64,000 nt of DNA from Cladosporium halotolerans (lineage: Eukaryota): contig NW_027191453.1 of assembly GCF_011745625.1 (NCBI RefSeq), positions 434,001 to 498,000 on the forward strand. Reading direction: 5' to 3'. The notes beneath the pieces were generated by a model. It did not search any database. It worked only from the letters and a program-made list of their open reading frames with translations, and was not told the origin of the DNA. Below, in pieces: positions 22,388 to 32,983 of this stretch. Within the stretch, counting starts at the first letter, position 1. The number at the start of each line of letters is the position of its first letter. A program made the translations under genes and the position numbers.

Positions 22388-24940
22388 CTATCCCCAAAGC
22401 CTCAACCTGACGGTCGAGCACTCCTTGTGCGGGCGGTCCGTAGACTGCCTGTCCCAGTACTTGAGCTCATACTTGCGAGCAGATCCGCTATTTCCAGGAT
22501 CGCAGATCATCCAGGAGCCGAACCGGGGGTGATCCCAGACGATCTCGTCGCCTCTCTGGACCATGCCGCTGGTGCCGACGTTGGAAGAGAAGATGCACTC
22601 GCCCCAGGAGCCACGCGGGTGGCCGTCGTTCATGTTTAGGCCGTACAGGTTGCACTTGTCGTCGTCATCGTCATCCTTCTGGTCATCCTTCTTGTCATCC
22701 TTCTTGCCATCCTTCTTGTCGTCGTCTTTCTTGTCGCTGTCTTTCTTGTCATCCTTCTTGCCATCCTTCTTGTCATCCTTCTTGTCATCCTTCTTATCGT
22801 AGTCCTCGTCATAGTTCCAGGCCATGAGAGAGCGTGTATTCGGGTGGACGAACATGGAAGCCGCCTCGTCCGCCGAGCTAATGAGACTCGTTAGGGAGTC
22901 AAAGCGATCTGTGGATCAGGATTAGCCGGTCAGAAGGTGAACGAAAAGATGTCTCGTTAGTCGTAGCAACTTACTGTTTGGCGGATCCTTCAAGTACATG
23001 CCGTGGTAGCGGTGGTCGCCGTGGGTGACTTCGACGCGCAGCTTCTTGGCCTTCTGGCTGCTAATCGATTTACACAGGTCTTTGTCACCTGGACGGGGCG
23101 GGTCCTCCGGGCGCTTCGTGGGCTCNNNNNNNNNNGGCTCGGAGCGGGCAGTGCTGGTGGCAACCGGCGTCGTTGGCTTTGATATTGTCTTTGATCCGCC
23201 GTTTGCAGTGCTGCCCACCCATTGTGTTTGAGTGTAGGTCTTGCTGACGTAGTCGGTTTCCGTGCGAATAGAGCTTGTGCTGACCTTGGGTGGCGAGACC
23301 GTGCTCGGATTTGGCATGGGAACCTTTGACTCGGTTGAGGTGGGACGAGGCGGATAGGTTGGCTCGGGAGCTTTGCTGCTTGTAAGTACCGGCATCGAGA
23401 GGCTTGTAGATAAGCGATCGGTAGCCGACAACGAAGAAACACTGGTTGGAGGGAGCTTGGTCGGGGCGTCCTTGTAAGCATAGTCCACATTGGGGTCAGA
23501 CCCGCTGTTGGTGACTGTGGATTTGAGATAGCAGTTTCCAGGTCCGTTGCCGCCCACCCATGCGAAGCCGATGCATTTGTCGGTCGCGTCGCAGATTACG
23601 CTGCATTCCAAGAAATTCCTTCCATCAGCTCTGACGAGATCTCCACCGTTGCGGTCAGTGCCACACTCTATGTTGTAGCGCATGCCATTGGTGTTGACTA
23701 TGGCAGAAGTCGTGTTTCCGGCGGCAAGAATGGGACAGGATCCGGTTGCTGGAGTCGGTGTGGTCGTAGGGACCGACATTGAGGTAGTAGGAGGCTCTGG
23801 CTTAACGTTCTTAAGTCTCTCCAAGTTCAGAGCGAAATCCACATTAGGATTGAGCTGACTAGGCCTCAGATATCTCTTGAGCCAGCAGTTTCCAGCAGTG
23901 TAAGCATAACCGATACAGTCTGGGTTCTGGTCGCAGGCGTCCACGCATCCAAGGAAAGTGTCAGATCCAACGTGGGGAAGATCGCCACCGTAATGATCAA
24001 TTCCACAAGTGAACTGATACGCAGAGCCATTGCCACCACGATAGATCTCTCCGTATGCATTGACGGCTTGCTGACATTGGCTGACAGGACCTGGTGTAGG
24101 TGTCGACTCAAAGGTCTGCAAGTCCGATGTTTTGGAGGTAGGAGCGGTAGGAGGGGCAGGATCAGATGAGATAGTTGATGTTGTAATAGGGGTGGCATAC
24201 GTGGAGGTTGTGAAGGTCGATGAGGGAGAGTGCAAAGGAGACCAAGGAGGAAGTTTAGATGACGGAGTTGATGTGCTTGAGTGGGGAGACGACCGAGGAG
24301 GAGCGGGGGTTGATGAGGAAGAAGGAGGCATAGGGGACCAAGGAGGAAGCTTGGATGGCGAAGTCGTCGAGGTGGTGGAACGGCCAGGAGGGGCAGGACC
24401 AGACGAAGACGTCAGCGAGGACCGAAGAGGTACTGGATTAGACGAAGGAGCGCGAGCTGGACCGGAGGTGGACGAGGTTTTCCTGGTGACAGGGCCCTCT
24501 GCAGTACCGGCAGGAGAGCCATCAAGAGGCAAGGGCTTTTCTCCGTTGCCATCGGGGTCCTTGGAGCAAGTAACGAAACCCTCGGTCTTAGTGTAGGACC
24601 CAATATTGCCCTTCAAGTAGCAAATGCCGGCTTGCCTGTCGCCATCGAACAGGAAGCCGTCGCAGTCCTCTCTACGCTCGCAGTGGTCGACGCAAGCCGC
24701 AAAGCCACCTCGAGAGATCTTGTGAGTGGCGATTTCAGAACCTGTGTTACCCCTGTCGCACATAACGAGGTAGTTGGCATCGCGTATGCGGAAGGTATGT
24801 CCGGTCCGATACACTTTGTCATCTGCCACGCAGCTCTCAGGATACTTGCGTTCCGGCTCCGGAGGATCGATCTTGATGGCAGAGGTGCATTTCAGGAGAG
24901 CCAGAAGGCCCAAAAGGCCAACGTGTACTGTGCGCACCAT
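22388..24940 (-). CDS. Secreted/cell-surface protein with three PAN/Apple-like Cys domains, S/T/P-rich linkers and a C-terminal domain containing a KKDD repeat
   Basis: Signal peptide MVRTVHVGLLGLLALLKCTSA; three C-x3-C-x5-C...C(Y/W)LK modules; intron 22909-22974 links to the last exon ending ECSTVRLRLWG; assembly gap at 23126-23135. Confidence 0.75.
22657..22801 (-). repeat. Coding 12-bp-period tandem repeat (GATGACAAGAAG-like) encoding DDKK/DGKK
   Basis: Plus strand shows repeated CTTCTTGTCATC / CTTCTTGCCATC units. Confidence 0.85.
23126..23135. other. Assembly gap (10 N)
   Basis: nnnnnnnnnn flanked on both sides by GGCTC. Confidence 0.99.
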
Positions 24941-25720
24941 ACTGACGGTGTAGGCGTGAATGTGAAGAAAAAGTCCAGGGTTGGAAAAAGGTCGCGGACA
25001 CACGTCGAGGGAGAACGGCGGTTGGAATATTACCTGAGATGAAAATGGATCACTACATTGAATTCTGTATATCGGTCGGATATCGATGGAATAACTCGTC
25101 TGTGGGTGAGGCCGTTCGACGGTTGCGACCAAAGGTTGAGAGCAGAAAGGGGTAATGGGGCTGGCAGCCACCAATGTCAACGAAGAGGAGTGATACAGAA
25201 CCTGCATGTGCAGCAGCCGATTCTCCATCGCATTGACGTGTGAGAAGCAGAACCTAGGGAGAGAAAGAGACAGCGTTTGGAGTGAGAGCTACTCAGAGCT
25301 CTGGTGGATATCTTCGGAAGGTCACTCAACATGAGACCGCCGCAGTACACGTGCAGCAAGCCTGGGCTGGGTTCGATCATTCAGATCTTCAGGAAACTCT
25401 ACAGGGCATTTACGCCCCGATGAGATGCTTTGCTGACAGGTCTAGGGTAGTGCGAGTCACTGGTGGACTGTCCTCTAGAGCCAGCGAGATTGCGGATACG
25501 CTTTCTCAGTCCCGTGCCTAGGAAAAGAGGTCTTTGGTCAGAAGGCTTAACCGGGGTGTCCAGAACGCCCTCTGGGCTTAGAGCAACGGGCTTTCCTCGC
25601 CAGGGCCAGCCAGAGTCCGGTTGTCTCTATTAATAAGCTTTTCTCCCCCTCTCCCGCTGAAGAGCAATCTTGAGTCCGACCAATGCAGCGTAAAATTATT
25701 TCGCTTTGCTCATGAGGGGC

Positions 25721-26545
25721 TCACCCTTGCTCGAGCTCTTTCAATTTCATGATGACTTCCTCCACGCACGCGTCAAGGGCGTCCTTCTGCGCCGGTGTCG
25801 TTTTGCGCATTACATAGTCGGCGACATCCTTGCTCTCCCGGCTGACAGGCCTGCCAATGCCAATACCAATTCGCACAAAAGGCACGTTGTCGATTGTAGA
25901 CAGGATGCTCTTTAACCCGTTGTGTCCCTTTGCGCTCGCGCCCTGTCTGATGTTCAGATTGACAAAGCCGAACGGCTTTTCCAGTTCGTCATGAACTACG
26001 ACAAGTTTGCCCTCGCCGTCTGGCTTGTCTTGCGACCACACATTGTGCGCGGCTTTCACGCCTTTCCCGGATATGTTCATGAGAGAGGTGCTCTGCCATA
26101 GTGTCCAGTCGCTGCCGCTTAACTCACGCTGTCGGCTGATAAGCCCGTTACCGTGAGGGCGGCTCTTTTCCCATTGTTGGTATCCAAGGCGGTCCGACAG
26201 CTTCTTGAGCACGATATGTCCAGCACTATGCAGCGTGTTCGCGTAGTGAGTGCCAGGATTCCCGACGCTGCACACGAGCAAGGGAATGGCGCGGCCGACT
26301 GACATTGGAGTGGGTGAGGGAGTCGGAAGACCGCGACTCACGTAGAGAACCTCCTGCTCGGGTTGCTGCACCGTGTCTTCCACCTCAGACGCAGCGAGCG
26401 CCAATTTGTTCTTGTTTGCACGGCGCTTCTTTTTGGAAATCAAGGGACCTGCAGGAGACTTGCAGATCGCGGCGTCGATCTCGGCGGACTGCCGCTTCAC
26501 GCTGGGGTCAGCCTGCGGACCACCTTTGCCGGATTTCTTGCCCAT
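25721..26545 (-). CDS. PTH1: Peptidyl-tRNA hydrolase (bacterial/mitochondrial Pth type)
   Basis: LLVCSVGNPGTHYANTLHSAGH, LMNISG, LVVVHDELE, SAKGHNGLKSI, RIGIGIGRP; the true start may be the downstream MSVGRAIP. Confidence 0.88.
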   Translation of the reverse strand: MGKKSGKGGPQADPSVKRQSAEIDAAICKSPAGPLISKKKRRANKNKLALAASEVEDTVQQPEQEVLYVSRGLPTPSPTPMSVGRAIPLLVCSVGNPGTHYANTLHSAGHIVLKKLSDRLGYQQWEKSRPHGNGLISRQRELSGSDWTLWQSTSLMNISGKGVKAAHNVWSQDKPDGEGKLVVVHDELEKPFGFVNLNIRQGASAKGHNGLKSILSTIDNVPFVRIGIGIGRPVSRESKDVADYVMRKTTPAQKDALDACVEEVIMKLKELEQG

Positions 26546-26942
26546 CTTTCCACAACGGTCGGTTTGATTGATTGAGATTAGACTACTGAGCGAGCGGGGG
26601 ACGATGAGCGGCCTGGATTCGTGGACATGGATACGAAACAGGAGTCTTTATTACAGGCGTCTCACATAGGAGGAGTCACACTCATGAACAAAGGCTTTGT
26701 CATCGCCGCAGTTGACACCGCAGCCGAAAAAGGCAAATGGACGTGAAAGTGCATTTCCATTCATCGTCGTCATCGTCCTAGTTATGAACATGGTCTTTTC
26801 TATGCAAGCAGAATTTCCATCACAATACCTCGCCATTCTGTTGCTGAGTGTTTGGCAGTCCCGAAGGCCCCCTCTAGGAACCATGCTTACCTAAGCATGG
26901 CATGTGCCAGACCAAGCTTGATATCTTTGAGCATAGTACTTC

Positions 26943-28049
26943 TTATGCCTCGTCTTCAGGCTTTTCGTTGTTCGCAAACTTCTGCGCACCAGTGCCGATA
27001 GCGAGCATGTCGGGATCTTGCTCTCCATCATCGCCCTTCGCACTCGCAACGTACTTCTTCAGTAGACCCAAAACCTCATCTTCACCCTTCGCCTTCCTCT
27101 CCCTTACATACCCCTCCCACTCGTTCCACCACCACCGATGAGTCTCTCCGTCGTTGCCCTTGTAGCCCGCCGTGCCATCCTCCCGCACTCGCCCGGCCCA
27201 CGGCTTGTCGACGATGTAGTGCAAGCAGATAACCTCGTCATCCCTCCACATCTTCGGATGCCAGTAGCGCATCGTCTTCAGCGCGTTGAACTGCCAGCCT
27301 AAGCTCTGCCACCTGTTCCGAAAGAACTCTGCCAGAAAGTCCTGGTCGGGAAACTTGAATGTCGACAGCTTGTCCGTCGTACTGAAGAACTCGAGCATCT
27401 GTGCCCAAAGTTCCTTCGACGGGTGGTAGAGGAACATGCCCGAGTTCAGCAGGTGGTAAGTCGGCCTAGACTCCGGCGTGACCTGCGTTGGCTCAGTCAA
27501 CGCCTGCGGATGCTCCAGAGGTGTAAAGCCGCAGTTCTCCTCGCGCCAATCGTCCGGCGCCCAGGGATCGCGTTCCTTGTTGCAGACGCAAGCGTGGTTG
27601 GCCGCGATCCAGTCGCTCGGCAGACCGGCCTCATGCTCGAAGATGCAGTCCATGTTGCGGTTGAAGATCGCCATGTCGGCGTCTAAGTAACATACGGCAT
27701 CGTAGCCGAAGACCTCGAAGACGCGGAGTTTGGTCCAGGTATCGGTGAAGCGCTCTGCGATCAGCCAGGTTTTGATGTGTGCGGGCGGGAGTAGGAGGTC
27801 GACTTTTTGAAGGATGAGGTTGAGATTTTTCTGTTCCAACTCGAGAGCCCGGACGGCGGAATCTGACACGCCCGACGTGTAGAATACGATCAGAGGGTGG
27901 CGGGAGCCGTGTTTGCGCAGTGTGTGCGCGAGGATGATGACGCCGGCGAGGTAGCTACCTCTGGTTATGAGAGTGGTGTAGGCATATTTCTTGCCCTCGG
28001 TGCCATTGGAACCATCAGTGCCATTTGTAGTGTCATTTGACATTGCCAT
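26943..28049 (-). CDS. Glycosyltransferase family 8 (glycogenin/galactinol synthase-like)
   Basis: YTTLIT...YLAGVIIL, RFTDTWTKLRVF, YLDADM (DxD), LNSGMF, FPDQDFL, QFNALKTMR, HYIVDKPW. Confidence 0.88.
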   Translation of the reverse strand: MAMSNDTTNGTDGSNGTEGKKYAYTTLITRGSYLAGVIILAHTLRKHGSRHPLIVFYTSGVSDSAVRALELEQKNLNLILQKVDLLLPPAHIKTWLIAERFTDTWTKLRVFEVFGYDAVCYLDADMAIFNRNMDCIFEHEAGLPSDWIAANHACVCNKERDPWAPDDWREENCGFTPLEHPQALTEPTQVTPESRPTYHLLNSGMFLYHPSKELWAQMLEFFSTTDKLSTFKFPDQDFLAEFFRNRWQSLGWQFNALKTMRYWHPKMWRDDEVICLHYIVDKPWAGRVREDGTAGYKGNDGETHRWWWNEWEGYVRERKAKGEDEVLGLLKKYVASAKGDDGEQDPDMLAIGTGAQKFANNEKPEDEA

Positions 28050-28616
28050 CGTCGCTTCTCCGCTCGATTGATTGTTGATAAAGTGGCTGGGCCTCGCGAG
28101 CGTCAAATCAACGTGCGGTCCTGAGAACTCGATCAAACACGGGGAATCAAAATTTAAAAGTAAGAACTGAATGAGTGTTGTCCCAATGCCAACATATCAA
28201 ATTCTTGCGAGTGTGAGGTCACTTCATCGTCGGTGTTCGACAAAATGCAACTTGAAGCCCACGCCAGGCCAACGAAGCTTCCATGACGTGTTGAGCCCTG
28301 ATCTTAGCGCGACTACTTTTGAAGGCTCCAGTGCAAGTACAAACAAACTAGAGAAGCGCTATGCAAGAACACTGCGAGGCTTTTGTGAATGAGTAAAGTT
28401 GGGAAAGAAGATGCTTCAAACAAGGCTGCTCCAACCAGTCGCTACCAGTCGCTCATCGGTCGAACAACAGCCCGAGTGAGAGCTGTGAGACGTAAATCGG
28501 GACAGAACAGTGATTGTCGAAACAAAGACAGGGTATCACTTGTTTGCTATAGTTTGATCGCACACAGAACAATCTATCAAAAAATGCCGAAAACAGGACA
28601 TAGACATGAGGTGCCA

Positions 28617-30088
28617 TCACCTTAACCTCCCGTTACCCTGCTTGGCAGCAGTCTCTGCGTCGTCGTCGTCACTCATCAAGCCCTCAAGCTCAAATTCTTG
28701 CGCGTCGGCAGCTTGTCGGTCCATCGTGTTTGGCATGACTGCGTGGCCGTTCGTGTTGGATCGCTCTTCGTCTCTCTTGGGAGGCACTGCCGGCTGGACG
28801 TGTGCGGAGTAAAGATGGATGAGCATCAGAACGACTGTTTCTGTTAGTGACTATCGCTTGAATGTGGGCGTCATGGAAGGTACTTACAGAGGAACAGCAG
28901 GAAGCTAACACTGAAAAGGATCAGAATGTAAGAAACGTGCGTGACGTGGTGGTCACTTAGTAGCTGCATCTGCTCCTCGGTCGCTCCCATGAAAAGGAAG
29001 CCACTGGCGTAGAGCAAGAAAGGTGGCAGGTACTGGAAGCTGTTGATCTCGTCGTCATTTTGGCCGTCTGGAGTAACGGAGAGCGTTGTCTTATCCTTCA
29101 AGACGAAGCTGATTTCAATAATCCTGGTCAGACCGGCGCCCATGAGGGCATATCCGAAGACCGCGTGAACATGTGTGCTGAGTTCGAGGCTCTGAGGGTG
29201 TCCACTCATGCCCCAACCAGTGAGCATAATTACAATGCCAGGGATGAGGTTACGCCGTGGTCGGCCCTGACGGTCGCGAGACAGCCAAATACCGACCAAG
29301 CCGGCCGCCCACCAGATGATGCCCATGCTAGTATGCTGAAGGTCGTTTGCGACCCATGGCCCACCCCATCTGTGCTCAGTGAAGGTGTTTACGCAGCCCC
29401 AAACGCTGATGACCAGGCTGTCCCAAAACTCTTGACTCCTTCCGCTTCTCTTCAGCAGTTGCTGTCCGTTGAGGAGTAGGATCGTAAGAACGATACCGTA
29501 CGCGACAAAGGCAGATCCCATGATGAAATGGGCCGCACACTGTCCAACATGGTCTCCACGACAAAATCCTTGGCTTGCAATGCCGCCAAAGAGCATCTGT
29601 ACCCAAGCCGCCACCGGGATGACGCCTCCTAGGATCGCATGCGCCTTCACCTGGTATGGTCTGATCTTTCCAAGGAACCCTTTCTCCAAATGCGACCTCA
29701 AGTAGACGCCAAGCACTATCTGGACGATGAGTAAGAGCATCAACCAGTTTGCGAAACCAGCATGTGCGCTGTAAGCGAATTGTCTGCCCTTGTGAAGATG
29801 TCCCAGAAAGTATCCAAGAACGGCGATTGCGGTGCCCAGTATCTGTGTCGGAACGTGCCATCGTGATCTCACTAGACCAAGGACCATGCCAGTGGGGAAG
29901 ATGATGCCCCATGCCAGCGATTGCAGGAGGATGTGAGCCCACAAGGTGCTGTCCATGGGATCTTCGGAGATGGCCTCGCCTTCAGGAATCGCCTCGTGGC
30001 CGCCATGGGAAAGGACGCATGGCGCGAGTAACGAGACCAGCGCGAGCGAGACAAGTGCCGGTCTGCTTCTGAATGTAGCCATGACCAT
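28617..30088 (-). CDS. YTP1-like integral membrane protein (cytochrome b561-like N-terminal region)
   Basis: Signal peptide, LWAHILLQSLAWGIIFPTGMVLG, RWHVPTQ, CAAHFIMGSAF, NTFTEHRWG, DLQHTSMG, FMGATEEQM; intron 28835-28887. Confidence 0.82.
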
Positions 30089-30360
30089 GCTTGCCACTTC
30101 TGCTGTTGAGTAGGTAGGGAGGCGAACGGGTCAGACTTGAGTATTGCGAGTAGGTACTCTAGGCAAGACCCTGAGGCTGCCGGTCAATCCGGTCAGCGGC
30201 GATTGGCTGACGACGCTTCCCTCGTCGCTTTGAACGCGACGCGATCGATCGGCAGACACTACCTTGTACATGCTGCATGTGAAACACGAAGCCCAGAAAA
30301 CACTGCCGGAAGAGACAAGGCTAAATTGATCAGACGCCGATTCACTGACTGCACATCGAT

Positions 30361-30828
30361 ATGTCTTCTCAATCGCAAGCCTCGCCCATGCTATCAGATC
30401 CGGCGGCGGCGCCACCTTCCTCTGACGGTGTCGAGGCACCGAAACCAACGCCAAACAATCAATCAAACGAATCAGATGATAAGCCCGCCAACCCCCGCCT
30501 CGCAGCCTTAGAAGCACGAAGAGCGACCTTAGAGCAAACGCTTTCAGAGCTCAAAACCCAACGCCTCCAGCTCGCCGCTCAATCTAAATTGCCCTCAGGC
30601 CATCCTCTGCCCGTTTCGAATACTGCAGGGGAGCCAGTGGCTGATGACGAGGTCCTGAGCTCGGCCCTCAAAAGCTCGAATCAACTGATCAAAAATCACA
30701 TCGCACTGCTTCACAAGTATAACGAAGTCAAAGATATCGGCCAGGGATTGATGGGCTTGATTGCTGACAAGCGCGACTGTCGAGTTGTGGCTGTGATGGA
30801 GGAGTTTGGAGTCGGAGAAGGAGATTGA
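30361..30828 (+). CDS. SWI5: DNA repair protein Swi5/Sae3
   Basis: C-terminal IKNHIALLHKYNEVKDIGQGLMGLIADKR matches the Swi5/Sae3 signature (S. pombe swi5 nomenclature). Confidence 0.88.
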   Translation: MSSQSQASPMLSDPAAAPPSSDGVEAPKPTPNNQSNESDDKPANPRLAALEARRATLEQTLSELKTQRLQLAAQSKLPSGHPLPVSNTAGEPVADDEVLSSALKSSNQLIKNHIALLHKYNEVKDIGQGLMGLIADKRDCRVVAVMEEFGVGEGD

Positions 30829-31426
30829 TTGATGAGCAATTGAAGCATGTCGTGGTATTCCTGAATTCACCGGATACGCCGCACATGAGATCACCTTGCT
30901 TTGCTGGTACTCTGCAGAAAGAGACGAGCCATGACCGGAGACTTCCGAGAGATAATGGTCGATTCGCTCAGAGGATGGAATCGCACAACGTAAGTCTTTA
31001 TGCGGAAGATATCCATGCACTGCTAACGTGATCAGGATGCGTTGTGTGTGAGTGCCGCAAACCCGACTTAGCTTCACCGGGGATCATGATCGGGCAGAAT
31101 GGAACAATTCGTATACCATTCTCGCAAACTCTATCCCGTAACATAGATTGCTGCTACCAGCATCTTGCACTTAATCCCTCGTCTCAAGAAACCAAATCAT
31201 GTAGACAGTAAAGCAAAGCTTATCCGTCGCAGCCAAACACACCATTTCTCCGTCATGTCTGCCAGCTGCAGAGGTAATTCACAATTGTCGTCCCCGTAGT
31301 CATCTTGGGACGCGAAGTGTCCATGTTGATCGTAATCACTCGTTGCTCGTCCATCGCGCAGTATGTTCGTTGTCTCGTTGTTGCTACGCCATGGCGCGTT
31401 CATGCTGTTCGGTTGTCATGCAGCAT

Positions 31427-32163
31427 TTACTGGCTCTTGCCTGTAGCCGCGTCAGCCTGGCTACGGAGTTTGCTGGAGGTGGAGGCCCCACTGTTATCGA
31501 AGAAGCGCGCGAAAAGCGGCTGGAGAAGAGAGCGGAAGATGATCTGGGCACCACTGTCGAGACTGTCAGTGCTAGCCTGGCGCTGATTCTGAGAATATGG
31601 TGATAGTTACCCAGTCTGGGGAAGTGCCATCCAGAGGACAAGCACAAACTTGAAGACGTAGTAGAAGGGGAACCAGTAGACGGCGTTGATCGCAGACTCA
31701 ACCACAGTGAGGAAGGCGTAGGTGACCCAGTACTGTTTGCGCCAAGTCAGTGACCCGCTGCTCACCGCAAATCCGCGACTCGGTTCATGGAGTCGAAAAA
31801 TCCACTTACGGTCAGCCACTGGGTATCATCGCTCGACTTGGAGGTGAAGAGAGCCTGGAGAGAGTAGTAGGCCGGAATAATGAAACCAGCGGTGTTGACG
31901 AGGAACTCTCCGGCAATGTTGAAGAAGACGAGGAAGAAGTAGAGGGTGCCGAGACCGAGAACGACGTAGACCTTGGGAACGTTGGTCTGCTGCTCGAACT
32001 GCTGCAGCTGCGGGTACTTGGAAAGCTCCTTGTCGAGCTGGGACAGGTGGAACTGTGCTGCATGGGCTGGTCAGTATGGCCATGACAGCAGAGCGTTGGG
32101 GCAGCTGCTGCTGATAGCGGGGGGCCTACCCTTGTCCTGGATGGAACCGCCTTGGGCGCTCAT
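31427..32163 (-). CDS. YOP1: ER-shaping protein Yop1 (TB2/DP1/HVA22 family), multi-exon
   Basis: LDKELSKYPQLQQFEQQTNVPKVY, DDTQWLTYWVTYAFLTVVESAINAVYWFPFYYVFKFVLVLWMALPQTGGAQIIFRS assembled across several introns; ATG at 32161-32163, stop at 31427-31429. Confidence 0.9.
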
Positions 32164-32983
32164 ATTTGCGATCGAGGGTTTGGTGTTGGATTAGGTATGG
32201 GTCTTGAAGAAGTGGAACTGTTCCGCCGAAGTGAGGTGCCGAATGTTAGAGGGGAGGTACGGTAATTGCGATTAGAGAGAGGAGCAAGCGGCCGTGCGTG
32301 ACGTGGTGGGTTGTTCAGAGGCTTGGCAAGCAGCTCAGCTTGGAGAAGCAAGCAGGCCTGGCCCGGGTTGCGTAGCTGGTGTGGCTGCAAGGATGAAGAC
32401 GAGATAAGGCGATCTCGACGCACCGTACCCTCAACTTTCTGCGGAAACATACATAGACAGCTCTACTCGACTACTACACACGTCGCCTGCAGTATCCTCA
32501 CCGGGCTGCCCTCCTCCCGACCACGTCCATGCTTCGGCGGGGGAAATGAGATGTATGCTCCCAGCATGACATCAAATCACGTGATGGGAGGCGGACCGCG
32601 CCCGCCCGCCTTCCCGCGCCGTTGCTCCGGGCTTCTGTTTCCAAAACAAACCGTGAACAACTCCATCCCAATTACGCTGGGTGAGACTAGTCGCGCCCGT
32701 GCCGTCAATGCGAGCGCAATCCGTGTGAGACCTCTTGCGCACGACCATGTTGTCTGTTTAGAAAACAAGCGTGCTATCAAATAGCCCTTCTGGCCTCGAC
32801 CGTCACCTTGTCGTCAACACGCATACTGCGCACCCGATACTGGCTGAAGGCCTTCACGTCTGGCCGGCGACTTCCTGGAGCATACTAACCTGTAGCATCA
32901 CTGTCTTGGATAGGTACGGGAATCCTCCTCGCAGACCGGGTATCCCAGCAACGACGCTGTGTAAGGAGAATGGCAATGTTGAC

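Noticed and set aside
24941..25228. 96-aa N-terminal extension of the PAN-domain ORF
   Set aside because: A clear signal peptide begins at the ATG at 24940; the upstream in-frame stretch looks like 5' UTR.
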